64,000 nt of DNA. Source: the human T2T-CHM13v2.0 reference genome, Homo sapiens. The notes under the pieces were generated by a model. The model saw only the letters and a program-made list of their open reading frames with translations. It made no database searches and had not been told where the DNA came from. Positions within the stretch are counted from its first letter, which is position 1, and the number at the start of each line of letters is the position of its first letter. The DNA lies in NCBI RefSeq assembly GCF_009914755.1, contig NC_060943.1. One strand, written 5' to 3'. Shown piece by piece: positions 46,496-64,000 of this stretch. The position numbers were made by a program, and so were the translations under genes.

Positions 46496-49119
46496 GTATA
46501 CTCTATTCAAAAGTCATAAATGCTATGAAAAAACATTAAGGGAAGAAAAAATCCAGTAGGATAAGTACTTGGCAGGACTGGGATGGGCACTAGGCAGTGG
46601 GCAGTGGCTAGGGTGGCCAGGGCCAGCCTCACTGACAAGGTGAAATGTTGAGCACTTAATAGAATGTTCCAGCCCCTCTTGTAGATATGTAAACACACTT
46701 CATCTTCTTGAGCCTCTCAAAAACCCTTATCCATTTTTTCATTTAAAAATTTTATTTGAGCCGAGGCACGGTGGCTCAGCTCTGCAATTTCAACACCTTG
46801 GGGAGCCAAGGCAGGGGGATCGCGAGACCAGCCTGGGCAATGTAGCAAGACCCCATCTTTACAAAATTAAAAAAAAATTTTAAATTACCTGGGCATGTTG
46901 ATGTGTATCGGTAGTCCCAGCTACTCAGGAGGCTGAGGCTGGAGGATTGCTTCAGCCCAGGAGTTTGAGGCTGCAGTGAGCTGTAATTGCGCCCGCTGCA
47001 CTCCAGCCTGGGTGACAGAGTGAGACCCTGTCTCAACAATAAATAAATAAATAAATTGTACTTATTGTCTATTTCCCCCTTTCTTCTTCCAGGAATGAGA
47101 GACATTCACAATAAAATGAAATAAAAAAAAACAAGAGGATTTTGTAAAAGAAAGATGGAAGGGAAAGGAAGGTGAAGAAAAAAACACACATCTAAAAAGA
47201 CAAGCCTTGTACACAAAACTCAGACCAGGGTGTCAGGCTTCATACCAGCATCTCCTGGTTTTGTTGAGGCAGGGAATAGGGTCAGACACCCAGCAATGGG
47301 CAACTGACTCTTCCGGAGTAATATTTTGGGGTGGGGTGGGAGAGGGGGATGTGTAGAATTAAGTCCTCATGAAAGTTTCCATAAATGCAGTAGCAATTGG
47401 CTGTCACTGAGCAGAGAGTAGATGGCTTCCTGGTTCAGGGAGTGGAAATGAAACCCCACAAGAATTGCACAATCTCTGTCCAAAGCAACCATCGTAATGT
47501 GTTCTGGGGAAAGGATTTACATGGAAGTGTTTCATCAGCCCTTATGGAGGAGATAGAATTAGTTCATTTGGGAAATCGGAGGTTTTCTGGAAGAGATAGC
47601 ATGAGACGTGTGGCTTTGACGACATGTGTATTGTGGACAGAGAAAGGAAGGACACACCAGGCACAGGGCACAGCCAAGACAAAGGCAAGGGGGCAGGAAA
47701 GTGGGGCTCAGCTGGATACACCTGTGGCTGAAGCTGCCTTGGCGAGCCAGGGCGGAGCTGTCCAGTTTAGCGAGGAAGCCAGAAGGCTGCCCATCCATGT
47801 CCCGTGCCCAGACCTCGCTGTGGGATAACTGAGAGGGGAAGAGAGGTCCTAGAAGGAGGCAGCAGACCTCCACTCTCTACCCCTGGCCTAGGACAGGGAA
47901 GGGAGGCCTGTTTCTCGGGGGGGGGGGGGGCAGGGAACATGTAACCAGGCAATTTGAAGGCAATATGATGAGTCTGGGAAGTATAGGAGACTGTGAGGAC
48001 CACTGGAGACACTGGCTGAGCCGGGAGGGCTTCCTGGAGGAGGTGATGCCTGGGGAAGGAGTCAGAATTATTCCAGAGGAGATGGATACATTAAAGAATG
48101 GCCCCAACATGGTTATCAGCACATGCAAAGATTGGGAGAGTAAGGGAACAGGACTTGTTGGAGAAGCTGAGAGTAATTCAGGGGCAGTCATCTGGGGCTA
48201 GGGTGTCAGCTGGGGTCACATCATACAAGGACCTGAAGAGCAGGGATAAGAGGTTTGGGCGAATGTGGGAAGAAGGTGAAAATCACAGGATTCAGCCCCA
48301 AGGCCATGACCACTCTGGCTTCCATTCTCTGCAGAGATGAGAGGGTTGCTGTAACCAGGGAAGCCAGCCCACTGCAAAGGGCATATGGTGTATTGGTTGT
48401 CGCTCTGAATTTTGGCTTTGCTTTTATTTTTTATTATAAAGTATGCAAAGAGGTATGCAGGAAAAAAAATGAAAACGCTTATGCCTTCCACTCAGCTTTA
48501 TCAAGTTTTGATATCTTCACATATTTCAGATCTTCTTAAAAATCATCACGTAACAAATAACAAAATGTAGCAAATAACATCGTATAACAAACATGATAAC
48601 ATAACAAATAACATCACATAACAAATAACATAACATCGTCACATAACAAATCATAGCAAATAGAGTGGAGGTCTCTTGTACCCCACCCTCCTCTTATTCC
48701 CCTCCCCAAGGCCACTGCTCTCCCAAACTTGGTGTTTATCCTATCTTAAAATGCTTTAATTACAAATCTTTCAATGGTGAATATATTGGGCTGTTTTGCA
48801 CATCTGGGAGCTTTATTAAAATGTCATCACATGGTCTATATCCTTCCGGAACTTGTTTTTGTCCTCTCCACATTACAATTATGAGATATGTCTATTCAAC
48901 ATTCATTCTGCATTTAAAATGAAGATAAGCACAAAAAATAAATGCTTAGTAAACACAGAACAGGATAAAGCTTCCTTAATTTGAGAAGTGGCAATTTCCA
49001 GGATCTTACAGAAATGTCTTCCTTAATAGTGAAACATGAGAACCATTTTTGGTAAGATCCAGAAGAAATTCAAAATGTCCACTGTGTAGGGGATTGAACA
49101 GTGTCCCCCAAAAGCAATG

Positions 49120-52325
<3,206 letters not shown>

Positions 52326-52953
52326 AAAAGGAGCCATGCCTGGTAGTTATCAAAATATAAGCTTGGCTTGGGTTTCCCCTACTAAAGAGCTTGAGACAAG
52401 GATTTGGATATAAGTAGCTTATCTGGGAGGAGATTCCAAGAAGCATCAGCAGGGGATGGGATGAATGAAGAGGAGCAGGTAGGGAAAGGAAGGAACCCAA
52501 TACAAAGGCACCAATGAGCTGAAAAGGGCAATTGGGTCCAATCCCCCTGGGAGCCTCTGGGAGACGACATAGAACAAGCCTCACAGTTCCTCTGCCTGTT
52601 GAAGGTCAACTCTTAAGTAAGACGGAATTTAGCTTGCAAGCTGTTTATGAAGGCGCGTCTTTGGGGTCAACATCAGTAGAAAGGAAGTGATGTTTGTGGT
52701 GTCTTATTTACACCAAAGAAATTCTCTAATTCTAACACTAGCTTCCTGGAGTTAGCACCACATTCCACAAATTAAAGGGCTAGGTCCCAAAAGACTGACC
52801 CTGCTTCAGATGCCAGGTGCAAAGACAGTCTTTGCACTGTCTACCCACACTTCTGCCAGGCTGGCAAAAAACTGTGGCTTCCCATAAGTCCATCTCAAGT
52901 TCAGTAATTTCCTAGAATGATTTAGAGAACTCGGGAAAACATTTTGCTTATGT

Positions 52954-53427
52954 TGTTACCGAACTAAATTGGGTCAGTTCCCTGGCTCACAGTGGAAAAC
53001 CAAACACTGAAGCACTGGGGTTTTGTAGAGAGAAAAATTTATTGCAAGGCAGCCAAGCAAGGACACAGGAGTCTGGCCCAAATCTGTCTCTCCAAGTTGG
53101 AGGCTGGGGCAGATTTTATATACAGAGGGTAGTGAGGCATGATATGATTGGATCTTGTAATGAGGGGATTCAGGAGGCTTGATCTGACTGGATCACGCCA
53201 GGGCTCAATCTGATTGGATCAAGGATCATGCCACGTGGTGTCCACTTCTTAACTCAGTCCCTGTTCCTCAGTCTGAGCACTTAGGTTCCACGTGGATTTG
53301 CACGCTTCGTTCATCTGGACATGCCCAGGGTATGTAACTTGCAACCTGGGGGTCCACGACAACTGAAAAACAACTCGCCATTTTATTACACAAAGTTGAA
53401 CCAGATTGGGCTGAATCTGCGGTTACA
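52954..53427 (-). mobile_element. Solo ERV1-class LTR supplying a distal CD209 poly(A) signal
   Basis: Ends TGTTAC...GTTACA, 4-bp TSD ATGT on both sides, TATA-like TATATAAAA on - at ~53113-53121, and AATAAA on - at 53038-53043. Confidence 0.75.
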
Positions 53428-53462
53428 ATGTTTACCATTTTATTATAAAGGATACAACTAGA

Positions 53463-55692
<2,230 letters not shown>

Positions 55693-56065
55693 TCAAAGGG
55701 GTGCAGGAGGTGGTAGGTGGAAGTTGAACAGATGGTAGGTTTGCATGTATGAGATAACGCCCCAGGGGACATAGCAGCTACACATGGCAACCCAAATATC
55801 CTAATCTCCAAAAGGAAGAGAGAGTGGATTCTTGGAACACAAGTCCACCCCCAAAGGCATCCCACACCAGCTCACTCATAAAGCTCCAAGGATGGGCCAG
55901 AAAAACAAGCTCTACACCAGGGGAAATTGGAGGCATGACAAGAAGGACAGAATGGGACCCAGCCTTCTAAAGGAGGAAGAATCTGACAAAGAACAGTCCC
56001 AGAGATTTTGTGAAGGTCGAAGGATGGAGAGAAGGAACTGTAGCTTAAAAGGGGGTGAAGTTCTG

Positions 56066-59000
56066 CTACGCAGGAGGGGGGTTTGGGGTGGCAGGGGCTG
56101 GAGAAAGAAACTGTTCTTCATCCCTGGAGCAGGAGGCTGCGGACTTTTTGCAGATCCAGAATTTGGCAAGATTACATTTGTCGTCGTTCCAGCCATTGCC
56201 ACTAAATTCCGCGCAGTCTTCCTCCCCAACGTTGTTGGGCTCTCCTCTGTTCCAATACTGCTTGAAGCTGCAAAGCCCATGCGGAATGTGAGCCTCTGTC
56301 CCCGCCAGCTACATGAGCTGTGTTTCTACCTTCTGTCATCTTGATGCCTTAACATCTGCCCTGCGTGTGTATGCTGGACTTGAATCCCTCTGCATACCTG
56401 ATAATATGCCTGACTCACGATGCCTTGAGTTCCTGCCTCTCTTCTCACAACCTGTCCTTGGGTGGACTCCACCTATTGAGTGTGTGATTTTCAAATACAA
56501 GCCAACCAGTCTGGAGTCCACACCTCCAGCGACCTGCCTTACTGGGCTCTTGTACTCCAAGCCACTATCCTGTACTAATCACCCCAAGGCCAGGTGTCAG
56601 ACAGCGAGGGGCAGCCCCTGTGCCCCAGAGCCCAAAAAATGCTTCACACTTCCCAATCCTAAGCCTGTTCACCTGGCCTTGACCTTTCCTTTCCACAGAA
56701 ACCATAATAAAGGCTCTGGCCCACAGTCCCCCCTCCCCACCACTCTGACTCATAACAGACCCTGGTGCTTCCCCAGGTGGCCCCCAGCTGTGATGTGTCC
56801 TCTCTCTAGGGATCTGTGTATATGAGAAGCTATTCACAATGGCAGGTGTCTCCTGAGCTGGTGGCCTTACTGGACCTCAGACTTCCTATTAATACATTAT
56901 ATTTTAATACACCTCCCCGGTGGCAGGCTCCTCCTGCAGCTCTGCTGGTGGAATTCTAGGCACCTGCCATGCTGTCTGGAAGTGGGTATGAAGACCACCT
57001 TCCTCAACTCAGTAAAACCTCCAGATTCTTGGGTCTAGGGTGTCAGGGAGTTGGGGAGGATCCCCAGGGAAAGTTCAAATCAGAGTTTCACAATTCCAGC
57101 CCCAGTGGATAGGGTGCCCCTTCTGAGATCTACCTGGGCAACAGAGGTGAGCCGTCCACCCATTGCCACGTGCCTTCCTGATTTAGATCTGAAAGTCCCA
57201 TCCAGGTGAAGCGGTTACTTCTGGAAGACTGCAGCTGTAGGAAGTTCTGGAGGGTACAGGAGGAGTCAGGAGGGAGCTCTGCTTCCCATTTTCCAGGCTC
57301 TGTCTCCCCATCTCTTGGTAGGAAGTTCTGCTTGTAGGCTAACCTACAGCCTTCTGGTATACTAGGTCCTGAGCCCCCTCGTGTCTGAGTCCCTCTCACA
57401 TGTGTATCCCACGGCACATGTGTCCTGACATGCACACATCCATGCACAGCTGGCCTCTCCTCACACCCTCTTGCTAATACTGCATGTTTATCCATTTCAC
57501 ATGTTCTGTGCATGTCCATGCACATTTACTCATAACTGGGCTTAATGTGTTGGAGCCAGAGGCAACCATTTCCTAACTGCTGGTCATGCACATCTCCTTT
57601 CAGCTCTGCACTGAGTGACATCACAACGACAGCTTGAAATCAGCCACCATGGGAATATTTACACCAGGGAAACTGGCAAACACGACCCATCAGGACTTCT
57701 TCCTCCAGAGAGCTGGTTGTTAACCTCTTGCAGCATGCTGCAGGGGTTTGCTTACATTTGATGTTTTTTTCCGGAGCATTCACACATGTTCAGATTTGGT
57801 TTGTATCTGCTCTAAGGGTACTTGAGACTCCCTCATTCATATCCTTCTCCTCCCTTCTTTCCAAGTGGAGCAAAACCCCTCTTCTGCAAAGTCATCTCTG
57901 AGCACCTCCTCCCCAGTTGGCCAGAAGCCATGCCCTAGGCCAGGACGGGGACCCCCACCAGGTGTACCTGCTCCTCAGCACTTTTGATTACGACGAGCTG
58001 GGCCCCCACTTCTTTGCAGGCGGTGATGGAGTCGTGCCAGTTCCGCTGGGAGTTAGACATGAAGTAACAGTTTCCTTGGAAGAATGTCCATTCCCAGGGA
58101 CAGGGGTGGCACAGGCGTTCTGTTGGGGGAGGCTGGTCAGGGCTGGGCTTAAATTAGGTTGTCCATATTCCTGTACCTGCCCAGCCTTCAAGGTCTTGAG
58201 AGTCAGAGTCCTTCCTTGACTGTCCACGCCGGGTAGACCATTCCCCTCCCCACTTCCCGAGACCCTCCCCCATCCCCATGAGAACCCAGGAGTCCTGGCC
58301 CCATCTCCTCCAGACTAGGAGAAGTTGGGGCTTTAGAACTCAGAACAGAAGGCAGGAGACTGGCTTAACTGAGTGCCTGTTGTGTACCTGGCCCACTGTG
58401 AACACTGAGGGCAATGATCACAGTTACCCTGTGTTCTCATTTCACAGATGAGGAAACTTGCTCAGGCAGGGTCAGTGACTCAAGCAAACTCACACCACAC
58501 AACGACCATCTCAGGCCCAAGAAGCCCTGGTTCCAGATACTCACCCACTGCAGCCTTCAGCTGGGTCAGCTCCTGGTAGATCTCCTGCTGCTTAGATTTC
58601 TCTGGAAGCTCACCCACTGCAGCCTTCAGCCGGGTCAGCTCCTGGTAGATCTCCTGCTGCTTAGATTTCTCTGGAAGCTCACCCACTGCAGCCTTCAGCC
58701 GGGTCAGCTCCTGGTAGATCTCCTGCTGCTTAGATTTCTCTGGAAGCTCACCCACTGCAGCCTTCAGCCGAGTCAGCTCCTGGTAGATCTCCTGCATCTT
58801 AGATTTCTCTGGAAGCTCACCCACTGCAGCCTTCAGCCAGGTCAGCTCCTGGTAGATCTCCTGCAGCTTAGATTTCTCTGGAAGCTCACCCACTGCAGCC
58901 TTCAGCCGGGTCAGCTCCTGGTAGATCTCCTGCAGCTTAGATTTCTCTGGAAGCTCACCCACTGCAGCCTTCAGCTGGGTCAGCTCCTGGTAGATCTCCT

Positions 59001-60538
59001 GCAGCTTGGATTTCTCTGAGAGCTCACCCACTGCAGCTTTAAGCTGGGTCAGGTTCTGGTAGATCGCGTCTTGCCTGGATTGTTCCTGACTTATGGAGCT
59101 GGGGACCTTGGACACTGGGCCAAGAAAAAAAAGGAACTGCAATTATTAAACACCTACTGTGTGCCAAGCCTTGAACTGAGCCCCATAGGGACATCATTTG
59201 TGAGAGCCAAGGTCTTGGTTAATCCCCTTTGAAGATGAAGAAAACTGACACCTGGAGAAGGCAGCACAGAAGGCCAAGGAGAGCCAGATTCTTCCTGTCC
59301 TCCTCCTCCTCCCTCTCCTGTCCTGCCCTAGAGTGGGGAGGGGCTGTGGGAGAGGCCCCTACAGACCCCCAGGGACAACATCTTGGCTCTCAGTCCCACC
59401 TCCCTCCCAGATCTGGCAGCCCCAGGCTGTGTCCACAGCCAAAAGCCAGGCGTGGGGACCCCAGACCCTCAGAACCTGCCCCTGACCTTGGACAAGGAGC
59501 CCAGCCAAGAGCGTGAAGGAGAGGAGTTGCAGCACCAGGGGACCATGGCCAAGACACCCTGAGAGAGGATACATGCGTCAGCCTGCCAGTGTCCCCACCG
59601 GAGCCTGGCCCAGGGAGAGCCTGGTCTAAATCCCTCAGCACCCCAGGACCCAGGAACCCCAGCCCCAGCCCCCTCCACTCCAACACCTGGGAATCCAGGC
59701 CCTAGCTCTAACCTCCCCAGGACCCAGGGACCCCGTCCCCAGCCTCCCCTTCCCCAGGTCCCAGGAACCAGGTACCTGCTTCCACCTCCCCAGGACCCAG
59801 GAATCCAGGCCCCAGCCTCTACATTCCCAGGTCCCTGGAACCCAGGCCCCCAGCTCCCACCTCCCCAGGACCCAGGGACCCAGGACCCAGCCTCCCCTTC
59901 CCCAGGTCCCAGTAACCCAGGTACCTGCTCCCACCTCCCCAAGACCCAAGAATCTGGGTCCCAGCCCCTACATCCCCAGGTCCCAGGAACCCAGGCCCAA
60001 GTCCCCACCTCCCCATGACCCAGGAGTCCAGGCCCAGGCCCCCACCTCTCCAGGACCCAGGAGTCTAGGCCCCTGACCCCACCTCCCCAGGACCCAGGAA
60101 CCCAGGCTTCAACTTCTACCTCCCCAGAACCCAGGAGTCTTGGCCCCAGCCTCCACCTTCCCAGGAACCAGGAATTCAGGCCCCAAACTCAACCTCCTCA
60201 GGTCCCAGGAGTCCAGGCCCCTAGCCCCACATCCCCAGGACCCAAGAGTCCAGGCCCCAGCGTCCAGCTCCTCAGGACCCAGGAGTCCAGGAGTCTCTCG
60301 TCTCTCCTCCCAAACTGCTAAGTCCTCTCTACCTGCTAAGCTCTTGTATCCTCGAGTCTGTCGGAATCCAAGGCCTCTCAGCTGTTCCTCCTCTGAATGG
60401 ATAGACGTGAAATCAGAGCCTGGGCAGGCTGAGGCCATGGCTGGCCATCCCTTCCCCCTTCCCAGAATCCCAGCGTCCCAACCCAGCCTCACCCAGGAGG
60501 CCCAGCTGCTGCAGTCTTGGTTCCTTGGAGTCACTCAT
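56066..60538 (-). CDS. CD209: DC-SIGN, type II C-type lectin, 404 aa
   Basis: Exons 60493-60538 ([15 protein letters not shown]), 60333-60392 (EEE, YKSL), 59487-59558 (TM), 58545-59114 (neck), 57968-58119, 57134-57246 and 56066-56267 (EPNN...WND...PPPA). Total 1215 nt = 404 aa + stop. Confidence 0.98.
58545..59062 (-). repeat. CD209: CD209 neck region, 69-bp (23-aa) coding repeat x7.5
   Basis: [23 protein letters not shown] repeated; the exon is 570 bp, the common allele size. Confidence 0.97.
59630..60295. repeat. MSR1-like GC-skewed minisatellite in CD209 intron 2
   Basis: About 37-38-bp units like ccccaggacccaggaatccaggccccagcctccacct. Confidence 0.8.
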
Positions 60539-60584
60539 GTCACCCCACTCTCCCCCAGTGTCCAGAACTCCTGGGGGCCACAGC

Positions 60585-60901
60585 TTTTATTTCCCACCCT
60601 GTGATCTTTACTTCCTAAATCTAGTCTCCCACAGAAAGAGAAACAGGAAGTTGGGTAGGGATCTGTCATCCAAAAGGCTAGTGGAAAGCATCAGAGCATG
60701 AGATGGGCCGGATCTTTCAAGAATTTCAGGGAGGCAGTGGGGGATGGTCTGGGGTTGACAGGGAGAAGGACTCATCCACTCATGGATGGCTGAGCAGTGG
60801 GATGCTTTTAATGAAATCTGATAAATTGTAAGAGAAAGCTACTGTGTTACACCCCCTCCACTAGGGCAAGGGTGGGCAGGTAGCACCCCCAGTTCCTGGA
60901 A
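60585..60901 (-). promoter_or_regulatory. CD209: CD209 proximal promoter
   Basis: TATA-like AATAAAA on - at 60585-60591; Ets/PU.1 cores at 60612-60615 and 60646-60649; GC box at ~60870-60879; GAS TTCCTGGAA at 60893-60901. Confidence 0.7.
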
Positions 60902-61859
60902 GCACTGTCCCCTGTGACCTCCTGGCTTTCCTGCTTTGAGCTGCTGCTGTCCTCATTTTTGGGAATTCCTGCTGACTTTGGGAGTTGGGGCAGAATCATA
61001 ATTGCTTGTTTATTTAATGCCTAGGGTAGTCAGGTACTTTTCCAACAGCTTTATAAACTCATTCATTTAATGTTCCTACCCTTCAGTAGATCATATGACC
61101 TCCATTATACAGATGAGGAAACTGAGGAGGCACTGCAAGTTTAGCTAACTGGCCCAAGGTCACACAGCTGGTAGATGGTGGGGCTGAGACTTGAACCCAG
61201 TCTGCCTCCACAGTGCATGCTGTTAACCAAAGAGTGAAATAGTATCAAAGAGGAAAGAAAAGATCCATAGCAGCTTTATTTAGAATGATCTGAAATTGGA
61301 ACAACCCCGTGTCCACCAGCAGGTGAATGATAAAAAATATAATGGCATATTCAAAGATTGGAATACTATACAGCAATGAAAAAGCAAAGTACTAGTACAT
61401 TTAATAACATAGATAAATCTCACAAAACAGTAAAAGGACCCAGACAGAGTGAGTACACACTGTAAGATTTGATTTTGTGTGAATTTTGAGAACAGGCAGA
61501 ACTAACCTTTGAAGGAGACTCAGAATGGGAATTATCAGGAAGGAGCAGGTGGAGATTGACAACGGGGTTTCTGTATGCTGGAAATGTTCTATATTTTGAT
61601 CATAGAGATGTGCATTTACCACATGTGTGTTAAATCTCAGTTTAAAGATGGAAAATACATACATGTATCATAATCAAATAGTGGTTTTCGACCTGATCTT
61701 TACTTTGTATTCTTTTTAAAAATGTTTTAATTTTAGAATAATTTTGGGTTTATAGCAAAGTTGCAAATGTAGGAAAGAGATTTCCCATATGTAAATCCCT
61801 CACCTAGGGATCCCTAATGTGAACCCAGTTTCTCCTAATGGTAACATTTCACATGGTAA

Positions 61860-63292
<1,433 letters not shown>

Positions 63293-63598
63293 TTTGGTGA
63301 CCTTGAAGGAACAAAGACAGTGAGCAAGCGGCAGTGACTGGTGCAGCACTGCCGATCTGCCGATGGTGATCGCCAGTGAGACAGTGAGACAGTGGGGATC
63401 ACTGAAGAATTAGTAAGACAGCAGAGACAGTGGCAATTGGTGATTGGCAGAGAGGTGAAACAGCAAGGGATGGCAAGACAGCAAGACGGCAACTGGTAAG
63501 GTGGCAAGAGGCGCCCGTCGGTGATAGGTCAGTGAGACAGAGAGGTGGTGATCAGAGAGTGGTGGAGTGGTGGCAAAGAAAGAAAGACAGAGAGGTGG

Positions 63599-63670
63599 TA
63601 TATTAGTCTGTTTTCACGCTGCTTGATGAAGACGTACCTGAAACTGGGCAATTTGTAAGAAAAAGAGGTG
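63599..63670 (-). mobile_element. THE1-type MaLR LTR end, interrupted by the RPL21 retrocopy
   Basis: tattagtctgttttcacgctgcttgatgaagacgtacctgaaactgggcaattt. Confidence 0.6.

Positions 63671-64000
<330 letters not shown>

Noticed and set aside
58414-59019. 201-aa Leu-rich repetitive ORF on the + strand
   Set aside because: It is the antisense shadow of the 69-bp CD209 neck repeat.
59469-60016. Gly/Trp/Pro-rich ORFs
   Set aside because: Translations of the intronic minisatellite.

Overview
Human (primate) genomic DNA, recognisable as the 19p13.2 C-type lectin cluster. Three intact, multi-exon, minus-strand type II C-type lectin genes can be reconstructed exon by exon: FCER2/CD23 (321 aa, with both CD23a and CD23b first exons), CLEC4G/LSECtin (293 aa) and CD209/DC-SIGN (404 aa, 7.5 neck repeats, promoter carrying -336G). 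The window also holds a ZRSR2-derived retrocopy lying antisense inside the CD209 3' UTR, an RPL21 retrocopy, several VNTRs, and very dense Alu/LTR/L1 content. The most novel signal is in the apparently empty FCER2-CLEC4G interval. Its non-repeat islands (16.4-35.7 kb, + strand) translate in colinear order into a signal peptide, about four I-set Ig domains, a transmembrane helix and tyrosine-kinase subdomains IV-XI, all broken by frameshifts and stops. This suggests a heavily decayed PTK7/off-track-like receptor-kinase pseudogene. It was inferred by eye and needs HMM and synteny confirmation. Repeat family names are from recall of consensus sequences, not from a RepeatMasker run.
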